Shown piece by piece: positions 49,943 to 59,482 of a stretch of 64,000 nt of DNA; within the stretch, counting starts at the first letter, position 1, and each line of letters begins with the position of its first letter. The notes under the pieces were generated by a model. It worked only from the letters and a program-made list of their open reading frames with translations. It did not search any database and was not told the origin of the DNA. The stretch lies in contig CACWLA010000001.1 in NCBI GenBank assembly GCA_902761665.1, forward strand, positions 20,890 through 84,889, in the 5' to 3' direction. The stretch is from an uncultured Lachnospiraceae bacterium. GTDB lineage: Bacteria; Bacillota; Clostridia; Lachnospirales; Lachnospiraceae. Made by a program: the position numbers and the translations under genes.

Positions 49943-51328
49943 TCATTCCGCATGAAATTTCGCAAGCGCTCCGCGGATCGTCTTTCTAAGGAAGAAGAAA
50001 CTTAAGGTGAAGGAGACCACTTCGGCGGCCGGGAAGGCCAGCCAGACGTTGTCGAGGACGCCGGTCAGGGAGAAAAGGAAAGCGACCGGGAGCAGCACCA
50101 GTACCTGACGGCAGATCGAAATGAGCAGGGAGTGGAACGGGTTGCCGATCGACTGACAGACCGAGCCGGCTATGATCGAGAAGCCTGCGAAGGGGAAGTG
50201 GATGGCGATGATCCGCATCGCGCGGATGCCGATGGACAGCATTTCGTTGCTCGGATTGAAGATCCCGATGAGGACCTTGGGGATCGCCATGAAGACGACG
50301 GCGCCGAGCGTCATGAAACTGACGGCGGCTGCAATCGCGGTCCGGTAGGTCCGGCGCACGCGGTCCATCCTGCCGGCCCCGTAATTGTAGGAAATGATCG
50401 GCACCATGGCGTTGTTCAGACCGAAGACCGGCATGAAGATGAAACTCTGCAGCTTGAAATAGACGCCGTAGACAGCGGTCGCGGCTTCGGTGAAGCCGAG
50501 CAGGATCTGATTCATGCAGAAGGTGGTCAGCGATCCAATCGACTGCATCAGGATCGAAGGATAGGCGATGCGGTAAATATCCGCGGCAATGCGGCCGCGA
50601 AAGCGGATCATGCGGAAGGACTTCTTCAGGATGGGGTTGTATTTCAGATTCAGGAGGACGCCGACGGCTGCGGCGATCCCCTGCCCGATCACGGTCGCGG
50701 TGGCTGCGCCCATGACTTCGAGCCGCGGAAAGCCCGCGTAGCCGAAGATGAACAGCGGATCGAGAACGATGTTGACGGCGGCACCGGTCAGCTGGATGAT
50801 CATGGACTTATCGGTGCGGCCGACGGACTGGAGCAGGCGCTCCATGGCGACCTGCGCATAGAGAAAGACGCTGATGCCCATGACGACGTGCAGGTAGTCG
50901 CCGCCGTAGCGGACGATCACGGGATTTTCGGTCTGTACGGCAAAGAAACGCCGTCCGAAGGAAAGGCCGACGAGGCAGAAGACGGCAGCGGTGAACAGGA
51001 AGAGGAACATCCCCGTTCCGGCGATCTCGCGGGCGCGGTCCTCATGTTTTTCCCCGAGGGCACGCGAAATGAGCGCGCTCATGCCGACGCCGGTACCGAC
51101 CGAAAAGGCGATCAGCAGGCTCTGCATGGGGAAGGCAAGGCTGACGGCGTTCATCGCGTCCTGCGACAGCTGCGCGACAAAGTAACTGTCCACGACGTTG
51201 TAGAGCGCCTGGAACAGCATCGAAACGGTCATCGGCAGTGCCATGGAAAAGAGAAGCCGTCCTTCCGGCTGGGTCCCCATCCGGTTCTGGGACGGCTCGT
51301 TTGCTTTTTTATCTGTGGTCTGAGACAT
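49943..51328 (-). CDS. MATE-family efflux transporter
   Basis: 461 aa, 12-TM pattern, N-terminus ...LLFSMALPMTVSMLFQALYNVVDSYFV typical of MATE (NorM/DinF-like). Confidence 0.88.
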   Translation of the reverse strand: MSQTTDKKANEPSQNRMGTQPEGRLLFSMALPMTVSMLFQALYNVVDSYFVAQLSQDAMNAVSLAFPMQSLLIAFSVGTGVGMSALISRALGEKHEDRAREIAGTGMFLFLFTAAVFCLVGLSFGRRFFAVQTENPVIVRYGGDYLHVVMGISVFLYAQVAMERLLQSVGRTDKSMIIQLTGAAVNIVLDPLFIFGYAGFPRLEVMGAATATVIGQGIAAAVGVLLNLKYNPILKKSFRMIRFRGRIAADIYRIAYPSILMQSIGSLTTFCMNQILLGFTEAATAVYGVYFKLQSFIFMPVFGLNNAMVPIISYNYGAGRMDRVRRTYRTAIAAAVSFMTLGAVVFMAIPKVLIGIFNPSNEMLSIGIRAMRIIAIHFPFAGFSIIAGSVCQSIGNPFHSLLISICRQVLVLLPVAFLFSLTGVLDNVWLAFPAAEVVSFTLSFFFLRKTIRGALAKFHAE

Positions 51329-51392
51329 GGCAGATCCTCATCTTTCCTGTTACGGAAGATACTACCATAAAAAGCGCCGGCTGTACAGACCC

Positions 51393-51421
51393 TTGATAAT
51401 TCCGGGAACGGGGTGTAAACT
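51393..51421 (+). promoter_or_regulatory. Candidate promoter of the acylation cluster
   Basis: TTGATA (51393-51398), 17-nt spacer, TAAACT (51416-51421). Confidence 0.4.
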
Positions 51422-51456
51422 ATATAAGATACATTCTGATGAAGACGAGGGGCGAG

Positions 51457-52497
51457 ATGAAAGGGAGGAAGATCCTGTACGGGCTGGTCGGCGCATTGCT
51501 GATCCTTGCGCTGTCCGCAGTTGTCGGACGCGGCGCACGGACGCAGGCGGCAGCGGTAGATGAAACCCTGCTGCTCGCGGTGGAAAATGCTGCCGGACAG
51601 GATCCTGCCGCTGCTGCTTCGCGGATCTTCGCTGCGGAAAGCTCCCGGAACAAGCTGATCCGGGACAGCATTGAAGCCTCGATCTCGCTGGAACAGTCGG
51701 TCGCGGAATCAAAGGCGGAGGCAAACCGCCTGCTGCTTGAATCGATCCTGGCAGCGGGGGCTGCCAGAGAGTCGCGGGCGGCTTCGATCGCCGAATCCCG
51801 CTCAGTGGAGGTGTCCGTCGAGGAGTCGGTCCGGCAGTCACTGGAAGAATCCGCCGCGGAATCCCGCCGTGCAGCCGAAGCCGCGTCGCGGGCGGCAGCA
51901 TCCCGTGCTGCGGCAGAAGCGGCATCCCGTGCGGCGGCAGAAGCGGCGTCGCGGGCGGCAGCGTCAAGGGCAGCTGCAGAGGCTGCTGCCCAGCCGGCGA
52001 AAGGCTCGGTCATCCTCTTCGGAGACTCACGGACGCAGGGATTCATCAATTTCTGGCCGACAAGACAGGTCATTTTTACCTACGATCCGATCAGTGCCCA
52101 TCCGGAACTGATCACGAAGGCGGCGTCGGCTTATCCGAGCAAGATCGTTTTCCTGAACGGGATCGACGACGTTCTGGTCTATTCCGCCGACGGCGCGATC
52201 GGCTCTTACGAGGCCGCGATCACCCGCTTTGCGGCGCTGTCGCCGAATTCCAGGATCTACGTTCACTCCGTGCTTCCGGTGCGGGCGGACGTATCGGCAA
52301 CGTATGTCCGCCTGAAAGGGATAGACCGCTACAACCAGCTGCTGCAGCAGATGTGCGCAAAGCACGGCTGGACCTATATCGACTGCCGGGTGGGCTTTTC
52401 CGACGCGGCGTACTGGCCCGGCGGAGACGGGATCCATTTCAACAACACCTGGACCTCGAACTGGCTGGGGCAGATCCGGAAAGCAGCGGGGTTCTGA
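51457..52497 (+). CDS. Membrane-anchored SGNH/GDSL hydrolase with Ala/Ser/Arg/Glu-rich repetitive linker
   Basis: Preferred start ATG 51457 (GAGGGG RBS; the tracked ORF starts at 51439). TM anchor, linker (AAEAASRAA)n, SGNH blocks ILFGDSRTQG, LNGIDD, GDGIHFN. Confidence 0.7.
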   Translation: MKGRKILYGLVGALLILALSAVVGRGARTQAAAVDETLLLAVENAAGQDPAAAASRIFAAESSRNKLIRDSIEASISLEQSVAESKAEANRLLLESILAAGAARESRAASIAESRSVEVSVEESVRQSLEESAAESRRAAEAASRAAASRAAAEAASRAAAEAASRAAASRAAAEAAAQPAKGSVILFGDSRTQGFINFWPTRQVIFTYDPISAHPELITKAASAYPSKIVFLNGIDDVLVYSADGAIGSYEAAITRFAALSPNSRIYVHSVLPVRADVSATYVRLKGIDRYNQLLQQMCAKHGWTYIDCRVGFSDAAYWPGGDGIHFNNTWTSNWLGQIRKAAGF

Positions 52498-52501
52498 GGC
52501 G

Positions 52502-52990
52502 ATGAAAAATGTATTTGCCAAGGGATCCTTCATCGTGCTGACGCTGCTGTTTGCGGCTGCATTCGGCCTGTTTGCCGCCTGGAGGATGAAACAGCCTCAG
52601 CCGGCGGACGCGGATCTTGCCGCACTCGGGGACGCACTGCAGGCATCTGGCCTGCTGCAGTCCTCAAAGCCCGGATCCGCCCGGGAATGCAAAAAAAATT
52701 TCGGCCTGTCGTCCGACGCCTATGAGGAGATCCTGTATTTTTCACCGGTGACGTTCATGGACGTGGAAGAGGTGCTGGTGATCCGCGCGCCGGAAGGCGC
52801 CGAGGCGGCGGCCCGGGCCATGCGGACGCGGCTTTCCGAACTGCAGAAGAGTTTTGAAAACTACGGGACGTTTCAGTCGGCGATGCTGAAGGAAGCGCAG
52901 ATCTATGACAACGGTGTTTACGCCTGCTATGCCGCAGGAGAGCACAGCCGGGAGATCATGATGCTGATCCGGGAAGAGATCGAGGAGTAG
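52502..52990 (+). CDS. DUF4358-like small exported/anchored protein
   Basis: 162 aa, N-terminal hydrophobic anchor. The FMDVEEVLVIRA...EAQIYDNGVYACYAAG pattern matches my memory of DUF4358. Family call is from memory only. Confidence 0.5.
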   Translation: MKNVFAKGSFIVLTLLFAAAFGLFAAWRMKQPQPADADLAALGDALQASGLLQSSKPGSARECKKNFGLSSDAYEEILYFSPVTFMDVEEVLVIRAPEGAEAAARAMRTRLSELQKSFENYGTFQSAMLKEAQIYDNGVYACYAAGEHSREIMMLIREEIEE

Positions 52991-52992
52991 CC

Positions 52993-54375
52993 ATGGTCTT
53001 CAGCAGCGTCATTTTCGTCTTTTTCTTCTTGCCCGCCTGCCTTCTCCTGTACTTTGCCGTACCCGGGATCCGCGCGAAGAACGCGGTGCTTCTGCTCTTT
53101 TCCCTGGTCTTTTATTCCTGGGGAGAACCGGTCTATATCGTTCTGATGCTCCTGTCCGTCCTGATGAATTACGCATTCGGCCGCTATATGGAACGCCTCC
53201 CGGAATGGAAAAAGGAGATCCTGGCCACGGCCGTCTTTCTGAATCTGGCGGTGCTTGGCTTCTTCAAGTATTTTGGCTTCGCGGCGGAGATCTTCACTTC
53301 GCTCACAGGTCTGCCCGTGAGGGCGCACAGCCTGCCCCTGCCCATCGGGATCTCCTTCTATACGTTCCAGGCGCTGTCCTACGTCATCGACGTGTACCGC
53401 GGTAATGCAAAGGCGCAGAGATCGCTGCCGGATTTCGCCCTGTACATCAGCATGTTCCCGCAGCTGATCGCCGGGCCGATCGTCCGCTATCAGACAGTGG
53501 CAGGGCAGCTTGGCAGCCGGACCGTGAACGGAGAAGGACTCGGCCGCGGGATGGCACGCTTCGTTTTCGGCCTCGCCAAGAAGGTGCTGCTGGCCAATCT
53601 GCTGGGCAAGGTCTTTGAAGCGACGCGCTTCCAGCTGCAGCCGGTCTCTGTCCTGTCAGCCTGGATCGGGCTCGCGGCTTATTCCCTGCAGATCTATTTC
53701 GACTTTTCGGCCTATTCCGACATGGCGATCGGCCTCGGAAAGATGCTTGGCTTTGATTTCCAGGAAAACTTCGACGCGCCCTACGGCTCCGCGTCCGTTA
53801 CCGAGTTCTGGCGCCGCTGGCACATCAGCCTGGGGACCTGGTTCCGGGAATACGTGTACATTCCTCTCGGCGGCAATCAGGTGGGCGCGGCAAGACATGT
53901 TCTCAATATCATGACGGTCTGGGCGCTGACCGGGCTCTGGCACGGCGCAGCCTGGAACTTCGTCCTGTGGGGCGTATATTACGGCGTCCTGCTGCTGTTT
54001 GAGAAATACGTCGTCTTCCGAATGATGAAGGTCCCCCGCTTCGTCGGTCATGCGGTGACGGTCCTTCTGGTCTTCCTGGGATGGGGCCTTTTCCTCTGCG
54101 GCTCTCTCACCGAGGTAGGCTGTGCCTTCGCGAACCTGTTCGGCGTCGGTGCGCAGGCGCTTTTCGATGCGCCGGCCATCGGACTCCTGCAGCAGTACGG
54201 GGCGCTGCTGGCCGTGTCGGCGGTGCTTGCCTGTCCTTTTGCCCTGACGGTGCGGAAGAAACTGATGGAGGATCATCCGGCGGCGCTTGCCCTTGCGGCT
54301 GCAGTCCTTTTCTTCCTCTGTACGGCCTTTCTGGCAACGGATAATTACAATCCGTTCCTGTATTTTCGTTTCTGA
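52993..54375 (+). CDS. MBOAT-family membrane O-acyltransferase (AlgI/DltB/PatA-like)
   Basis: 460 aa polytopic. Signature FWRRWHISLGTWFREYVYIPLGG with the catalytic His context. Confidence 0.88.
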   Translation: MVFSSVIFVFFFLPACLLLYFAVPGIRAKNAVLLLFSLVFYSWGEPVYIVLMLLSVLMNYAFGRYMERLPEWKKEILATAVFLNLAVLGFFKYFGFAAEIFTSLTGLPVRAHSLPLPIGISFYTFQALSYVIDVYRGNAKAQRSLPDFALYISMFPQLIAGPIVRYQTVAGQLGSRTVNGEGLGRGMARFVFGLAKKVLLANLLGKVFEATRFQLQPVSVLSAWIGLAAYSLQIYFDFSAYSDMAIGLGKMLGFDFQENFDAPYGSASVTEFWRRWHISLGTWFREYVYIPLGGNQVGAARHVLNIMTVWALTGLWHGAAWNFVLWGVYYGVLLLFEKYVVFRMMKVPRFVGHAVTVLLVFLGWGLFLCGSLTEVGCAFANLFGVGAQALFDAPAIGLLQQYGALLAVSAVLACPFALTVRKKLMEDHPAALALAAAVLFFLCTAFLATDNYNPFLYFRF

Positions 54376-54386
54376 GGAGGGACCGC

Positions 54387-55517
54387 ATGAAAAAGTTTTA
54401 TTCCGTATTCGGTTTCCTCGCTCTGCTGCTCCTTGCCGGCACCGCCCTGCTCCATCTGGCCCTGCCCGATAAGGCGTACAGCGAAACGGAAAAGAGAAAC
54501 CTGGCCGGTGCGCCGGTCCTCTCAGCGGAGAGGATCTTTGACGGCCGGGCCATGACGGACATCGAGGCGTATGCCGCGGACCAGTTCCCGCTCAGGGCGT
54601 TCTGGATGCACGCCCGCATGAATCTGATGCAGGCGGAAGGCCTTCGGGAGAACGAAGGCGTGGTCCTGCTTTCGGACGGGAGCCTCGCGGAGTGCTTTGA
54701 CGGCTGGGATGAAGAGAAAATGACCGCACTGGCGGGCGCGCTCCGCCGCTTTGCCGGAGAGAACGAATTCCGGGCGGTATACCTGCTTCCGGTCACGACG
54801 AAGAGCGGCCTGTATCCGGAACTGTTTCCCGACTGGCTCACGCCGGCATCGCAGCGCCTTTATGCGGAACGGCTGAAGGAGGAGCTCCGCCGGGAGGTGA
54901 CCGTGCTGGACGGCCGGACGCCTCTGGCCGACATGAAGGCGGAAGGCGGACAGGTCTATTTCCTGACGGACCATCACTGGACGCAGGACGCCGCCCGCCG
55001 GACCTTTGAGGAGAATGCGGCGGTCACCGGATGGAAGACGGGAAGCTGGTCGCACGGCGTCGTCAGCAACGGCTTTCTCGGCTCTCTGGCGGCGAAGAGC
55101 GGTTTTACGCCCCGCTATGCGGACAGCGTGACTGCCTGGAAGGCCGACGACGGTGCGGATGAAGCGCTGATCCTTCATGCCGCGGATGGGAAAACGACAG
55201 TCGGTTTTTACGACTACGCTGCTCTGAAACGCAGCGACCGCTACGAATTCTATCTCGGGACCAACGAGCCCGAGCTGGTCATCCGCACGGTAGCCGACAC
55301 CAACAATACCCTGCTGGTCCTGAAGGATTCCTATGCCAACGCCTTCATTCCTTTCCTGGCCGGCAGCTACAAGACCATTACCGTGGTCGACCCGCGCTAT
55401 TATGCCGAGTCCCTGGACATGCTGCTGGCGGAAGACGAATACACGGACGTCCTGATCCTCTACAACATCCAGACGCTGTCGCAGGACAGCCATCTGCAGC
55501 AGCTGCTGAGCGAATGA
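54387..55517 (+). CDS. DHHW-family protein (AlgJ/AlgX-like SGNH-fold acyltransferase partner)
   Basis: N-terminal anchor, eponymous motif YFLTDHHWTQDAARR. 376 aa. Confidence 0.75.
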   Translation: MKKFYSVFGFLALLLLAGTALLHLALPDKAYSETEKRNLAGAPVLSAERIFDGRAMTDIEAYAADQFPLRAFWMHARMNLMQAEGLRENEGVVLLSDGSLAECFDGWDEEKMTALAGALRRFAGENEFRAVYLLPVTTKSGLYPELFPDWLTPASQRLYAERLKEELRREVTVLDGRTPLADMKAEGGQVYFLTDHHWTQDAARRTFEENAAVTGWKTGSWSHGVVSNGFLGSLAAKSGFTPRYADSVTAWKADDGADEALILHAADGKTTVGFYDYAALKRSDRYEFYLGTNEPELVIRTVADTNNTLLVLKDSYANAFIPFLAGSYKTITVVDPRYYAESLDMLLAEDEYTDVLILYNIQTLSQDSHLQQLLSE

Positions 55518-55539
55518 CGGAAAGCGGAAAGAGAAACGG

Positions 55540-56724
55540 ATGACGATCCCCCCGAAGTGGAAAAACGCGCGCAGAAACGCCAAACGGAAAAGGCTTGTAC
55601 GGCTTGCTCTGATGCTGGCCGTGTTTGCGCTGCTCTGCACGGGGCTGGTCTTTCTGGTGAAAGCGGAGGCAGAGCGCAGGAAGCCTGCGGCGCCGGAAGG
55701 CTCGGCTACGGCAGCGCTTCCCGAGATCGGGGTGAAACTTCGTGAAAGTGAAGAAGGGCTGCCGGTTATCGGCGCGCCGGACGTTGCGAATGATGCGAAG
55801 CCTGCCAAAACTCCTGCGGAGACAAAGGAGAGCAGGCCGCCGGAAACCCGGGAGGAAAGCACGGCGCCGGCAGTGTCAGAACCTGGCCTGTCAACGGAGG
55901 AAGTGCGGCAGACGACGGAAGCAGAAACGGCGGCCGCGCCGCAGACCACGGAAGCGCCGCCCGTGACGGAATCTTCAGCGCCTGCCGCCCCGTCTGTTCC
56001 GCCCACGCAGCCGACATCACCGCCGACGCAGCCAACGACTCAGCCCACGCAGCCCCCGACGCAGCCGCCCACGCAGCCGACGCCTCCCCCGACGCAGCCG
56101 CCTCCGCCGTCAACGACGGCAGAGGCAGTGACAGCTCCTCCGCCTGAGACGCAGACGAGCGGAGAGACAGTCACCCCTCCCGTTAACATGAACGGTCTCA
56201 GGGTCTGGATCGGCGACTCGCGGACGCGCGGTCTGAAACTCTATGCCGGCGCGGATGCCGCGAAGGATGTCTTCATCTGCGAAGACGGCATGGGCGCCGA
56301 CTGGTTCGAGCGGGCGGCGGTTCCTCAGCTGGAAGCGCTGATCGCGGAAAAAACGGTGTCGGCAGTCTACGTCAACATGGGGATCAACGACTGTGCTGCG
56401 ACGTACAAAACGGCGGAGGAAAACCGTTCTGCCCGCTACAGCCGTGACATCAATTCGCTGATCAGCCGCTATCCGCAGATCCGTTTCTTCTTCCTCTCGG
56501 CCGGACCGGGCGAAGGCGAAACGTATTTCTCAACGGACATCCCGAAGATGAACGCCGAGGCGGATGAGTTCAACGCCGGCATGAAGGCGAGATGCCTTGC
56601 CGACTACGTTCCGGTGGCGGAGTACTTAAAGAGCAGCGGCTTTACGACGATGGACGGCATGCATTACGATGCGGCAACTTGCAAGAAGATCTACGCCTAC
56701 GTCCTGCGGATGACCGAACCGTAA
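55540..56724 (+). CDS. Membrane-anchored SGNH/GDSL hydrolase with Pro/Thr/Gln-rich linker
   Basis: TM anchor, linker PTQPTSPPTQPTTQPTQPPTQPPTQPTPPPTQPPPPS, SGNH blocks VWIGDSRTRG, NMGINDC, MDGMHYD. Confidence 0.65.
   Translation: MTIPPKWKNARRNAKRKRLVRLALMLAVFALLCTGLVFLVKAEAERRKPAAPEGSATAALPEIGVKLRESEEGLPVIGAPDVANDAKPAKTPAETKESRPPETREESTAPAVSEPGLSTEEVRQTTEAETAAAPQTTEAPPVTESSAPAAPSVPPTQPTSPPTQPTTQPTQPPTQPPTQPTPPPTQPPPPSTTAEAVTAPPPETQTSGETVTPPVNMNGLRVWIGDSRTRGLKLYAGADAAKDVFICEDGMGADWFERAAVPQLEALIAEKTVSAVYVNMGINDCAATYKTAEENRSARYSRDINSLISRYPQIRFFFLSAGPGEGETYFSTDIPKMNAEADEFNAGMKARCLADYVPVAEYLKSSGFTTMDGMHYDAATCKKIYAYVLRMTEP
56001..56110. repeat. Imperfect 12-nt (CCN ACG CAG CCN) tandem repeats encoding the PTQP linker
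   Basis: GCCCACGCAGCCGAC...CCGACGCAGCC repeated about 8 times. Confidence 0.7.
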
Positions 56725-56784
56725 GCGAAAGGCAGAACAAAACGGCAGGCTTTCCACGGCAGGCGGTTTTACAGGAGGTGTTTC

Positions 56785-58176
56785 GTGAAAAAAAGAATTC
56801 TGTTTCTTATGTTATTCATGGTATTGCTGCTCAGTGCCTGCGGCAGGACGGAGATCGATCTGACTAAATACATCCGGTATGAGATAAACGGCGTCAACGG
56901 GAAAGGAAAGATGTTCCTCTCCCTGGATGAACAGCTGTATGCGGATGCCGTGGAAAAAACAGATAAAATTTCCGCGGAGACAGTCCGTAAGATCATCGAA
57001 GGGAATGTGGTCTTATCGTCCGGAAAGGACAGACTGCTGTCAAACGGAGATGAAGCAGTGATAGAAGCCTCCTGCCTGAGCGAAGACGAAGACCTGAAAA
57101 AGGCGGGGATCCGGCTGCTGCCCGGCAGTAAGACGGTGAAGATCGCGGGGCTCCGGGAAGCCCGGGAGATCGATCTGACGAAGGACATTCTGGTCGATGT
57201 ACAGGGGTTCGACGGAGGAGGAGAACTGTCTGTCCGCTTCGCGGAAAAACTGTACAACACCATTGCGGACCTGAGTCAGGACATGACCACGGAAAAAGTC
57301 AGAGAACTGCTCCAGGCTTCAGTCCCGCTTGCCGCGGATAAGCGCAGTGAACTGTCTGACGGGGATACGGTAACGATCACGGCGGACGTGTCAGACGTGA
57401 ACGCCGCGTTCCTGGAGCAGGGGCTCGTGCTTACCGGGGGAAAGGTCACCCATACGGTAAGCGGACTGCAGCCGCTGAAGCATTTCAGGGCGTCGGACTA
57501 TGTTTCGTACGATCTGAGCGGGACGGTGCCGTATCTGACCGCTGCATTCGATTTTTCCGAAAACGTTCCGGAGGAGCTGACGCCGTTCATCACGCTGCCG
57601 TGGACCCGGCCGGTAACGCTCCGAAAGGGCGAGAGCCGGGAATTTGAGATCAAGTATAAGGAAGCGGAACTGAAAAAGCGGGGCTATGTCTGCGATGAGG
57701 CCGCATTTTCCGTTGCGCCCGACGGATTTGAACTTGAGAAATACATGGAGAAACTGTCGGAGATCACTGAAGCGAACAAGCAGCTGCTCGCGGAGAAAAC
57801 ACAGGATGCTGCGTATGCGGCAGCGTTAAATGAGACGAAGCACCTGACCTTCAGCGAAGGGGACGTTTTCGGAGACACGCTGGAAGACGTATCGCTCTTC
57901 TCTTCGATGCTGTTCACACGGAAGTTCTATTCGGACGTCCTGCCTTACAATTATCTGGTGCTCGTATACAAAGCGGATTATACTGCGGTCAACGATCATA
58001 CGGGCCATGACGAAATGCTGTACGTAACATTAACGTTTGAGAACGCTGCTCTCGATCCTTCCGGGAACATCATTTATTCCGAACCGACGGTTGAAATAAA
58101 GCTTCCGGACAGTCTCGAAACGGATATCGCCATGCGGAAGGCGGACTATGAACTGGAGGAAATGAGAGAAGAATGA
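56785..58176 (+). CDS. Lipoprotein of unknown function
   Basis: GTG start 56785 with AGGAGG 6 nt upstream. MKKRILFLMLFMVLLLSAC lipobox. 463 aa. Confidence 0.7.
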   Translation: MKKRILFLMLFMVLLLSACGRTEIDLTKYIRYEINGVNGKGKMFLSLDEQLYADAVEKTDKISAETVRKIIEGNVVLSSGKDRLLSNGDEAVIEASCLSEDEDLKKAGIRLLPGSKTVKIAGLREAREIDLTKDILVDVQGFDGGGELSVRFAEKLYNTIADLSQDMTTEKVRELLQASVPLAADKRSELSDGDTVTITADVSDVNAAFLEQGLVLTGGKVTHTVSGLQPLKHFRASDYVSYDLSGTVPYLTAAFDFSENVPEELTPFITLPWTRPVTLRKGESREFEIKYKEAELKKRGYVCDEAAFSVAPDGFELEKYMEKLSEITEANKQLLAEKTQDAAYAAALNETKHLTFSEGDVFGDTLEDVSLFSSMLFTRKFYSDVLPYNYLVLVYKADYTAVNDHTGHDEMLYVTLTFENAALDPSGNIIYSEPTVEIKLPDSLETDIAMRKADYELEEMREE

Positions 58177-58209
58177 GCCGCTGATGGGAGAGGATCCGTC
58201 CGGCGGCGG

Positions 58210-58255
58210 AAAAAGCAAGGCGGCAGCTGCCCTATCGGGCAGCTGCCGCCTTTTT
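58210..58255. terminator. Bidirectional intrinsic terminator
   Basis: AAAAA-GCAAGGCGGCAGCTGCCC-TATC-GGGCAGCTGCCGCC-TTTTT between convergent genes. Confidence 0.9.
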
Positions 58256-58271
58256 CGTAACGTTTTGCGCC

Positions 58272-59474
58272 TTATTTCATCCCCGGCCTGTATTCTTCGA
58301 TCAGCTTTTTAAACGCGGGGAGGGAACGCTCGATCATGTCGTAGTCCACGCAGTAGGAGAGGCGGAAATAACTCGGGCAGCCGAAACTGTCTCCGGGCAC
58401 GATGAGCAGGTTGTAATGCGTCTTCGCATACTCCGAGAAGGCAGTGGAATCGTCGCCCGGTGCATGCACGAAGAGGTAGAAAGCGCCGTCCGGCCGCGCA
58501 CATTCGTAGCCCATTTCCTCGAGGGCGTGCCAGAGACGCAGGCGGTTTTTGTTGTAGGCGGTAAGGTCCGGACGCACCCCATTGCACATCGCGATGGCTT
58601 GCTGGAAGAGGGTCGGCGCGCAGACGTGGCCGATGATCCTGGCCGCGCCGGCGACGGCGCCCATCAGCTCCTTGCTGTCTGTGCAGACATCCGGTACGCA
58701 GATGTAGCCGATGCGTTCGCCGGGCAGGGACAGCGACTTGGAATACGAATAGCAAATGATGGTGTCCGTGTAGTAGGCCGGGACGTAGGGAACGTACAGA
58801 TCGTCGTAGGTCAGCTCGCGGTAGGGCTCGTCGGAAATGACGTAGATCGGGTGGCCGAATTCGCATTCCTTCTTATAGAGCAGGCGCGCCAGCTTGTCCA
58901 GCGTGGGCTCGGTGTAGACCGTGCCGGCAGGATTGTTCGGTGAGTTCAGGATGATCGCCTGGGTCTTTTCGTTGATGTATTGCTCCAGCAGTTCCATGTT
59001 CAGCTGGAAGTCGGGGATGTCGGGCGGCAGGATCACGAGCCTGCAGCCGGAAGCGAGGACGAAGGTCTTGTACTCGGGGAAGTAAGGCGCGACTACGATG
59101 ACCTCGGTATCCGGACCGAGGCAGAGAGCATGCAGGACGGTGAGGAGAGCCGGTGCGGCGCCGCAGGTCATGAAGACGTTCTGCGGACGGATGAGATGCC
59201 CGGAACGGACGGTCAGGTCCGACGACACTGCTTTGCGTACGGCCTCGATCCCGCCGGCCATGGAGTAGCCGTGGAGCTTGACGGAATCGGATTCGCGGAT
59301 CAGCTTCAGGATGCTCTCGTTTACGGCGTCCGGTGCCGGAATGCTCGGATTCCCGAGCGAATAGTCATAGACGTTTTCCTTACCGACCTCCTTGGCCTTT
59401 TCAAGACCGTAGGCGAAAAGCTTGCGGATGGCCGAGGGGGCTGTTCCCATTTCGTAGCAATGCTGGTTGTACAT
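58272..59474 (-). CDS. Class I/II PLP-dependent aminotransferase (aspartate/aromatic type)
   Basis: 400 aa. PLP-lysine context YSYSKSLSLPGERIGY and NSPNNPAGTVY motif. Confidence 0.88.
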   Translation of the reverse strand: MYNQHCYEMGTAPSAIRKLFAYGLEKAKEVGKENVYDYSLGNPSIPAPDAVNESILKLIRESDSVKLHGYSMAGGIEAVRKAVSSDLTVRSGHLIRPQNVFMTCGAAPALLTVLHALCLGPDTEVIVVAPYFPEYKTFVLASGCRLVILPPDIPDFQLNMELLEQYINEKTQAIILNSPNNPAGTVYTEPTLDKLARLLYKKECEFGHPIYVISDEPYRELTYDDLYVPYVPAYYTDTIICYSYSKSLSLPGERIGYICVPDVCTDSKELMGAVAGAARIIGHVCAPTLFQQAIAMCNGVRPDLTAYNKNRLRLWHALEEMGYECARPDGAFYLFVHAPGDDSTAFSEYAKTHYNLLIVPGDSFGCPSYFRLSYCVDYDMIERSLPAFKKLIEEYRPGMK

Positions 59475-59482
59475 GAGCTCTC

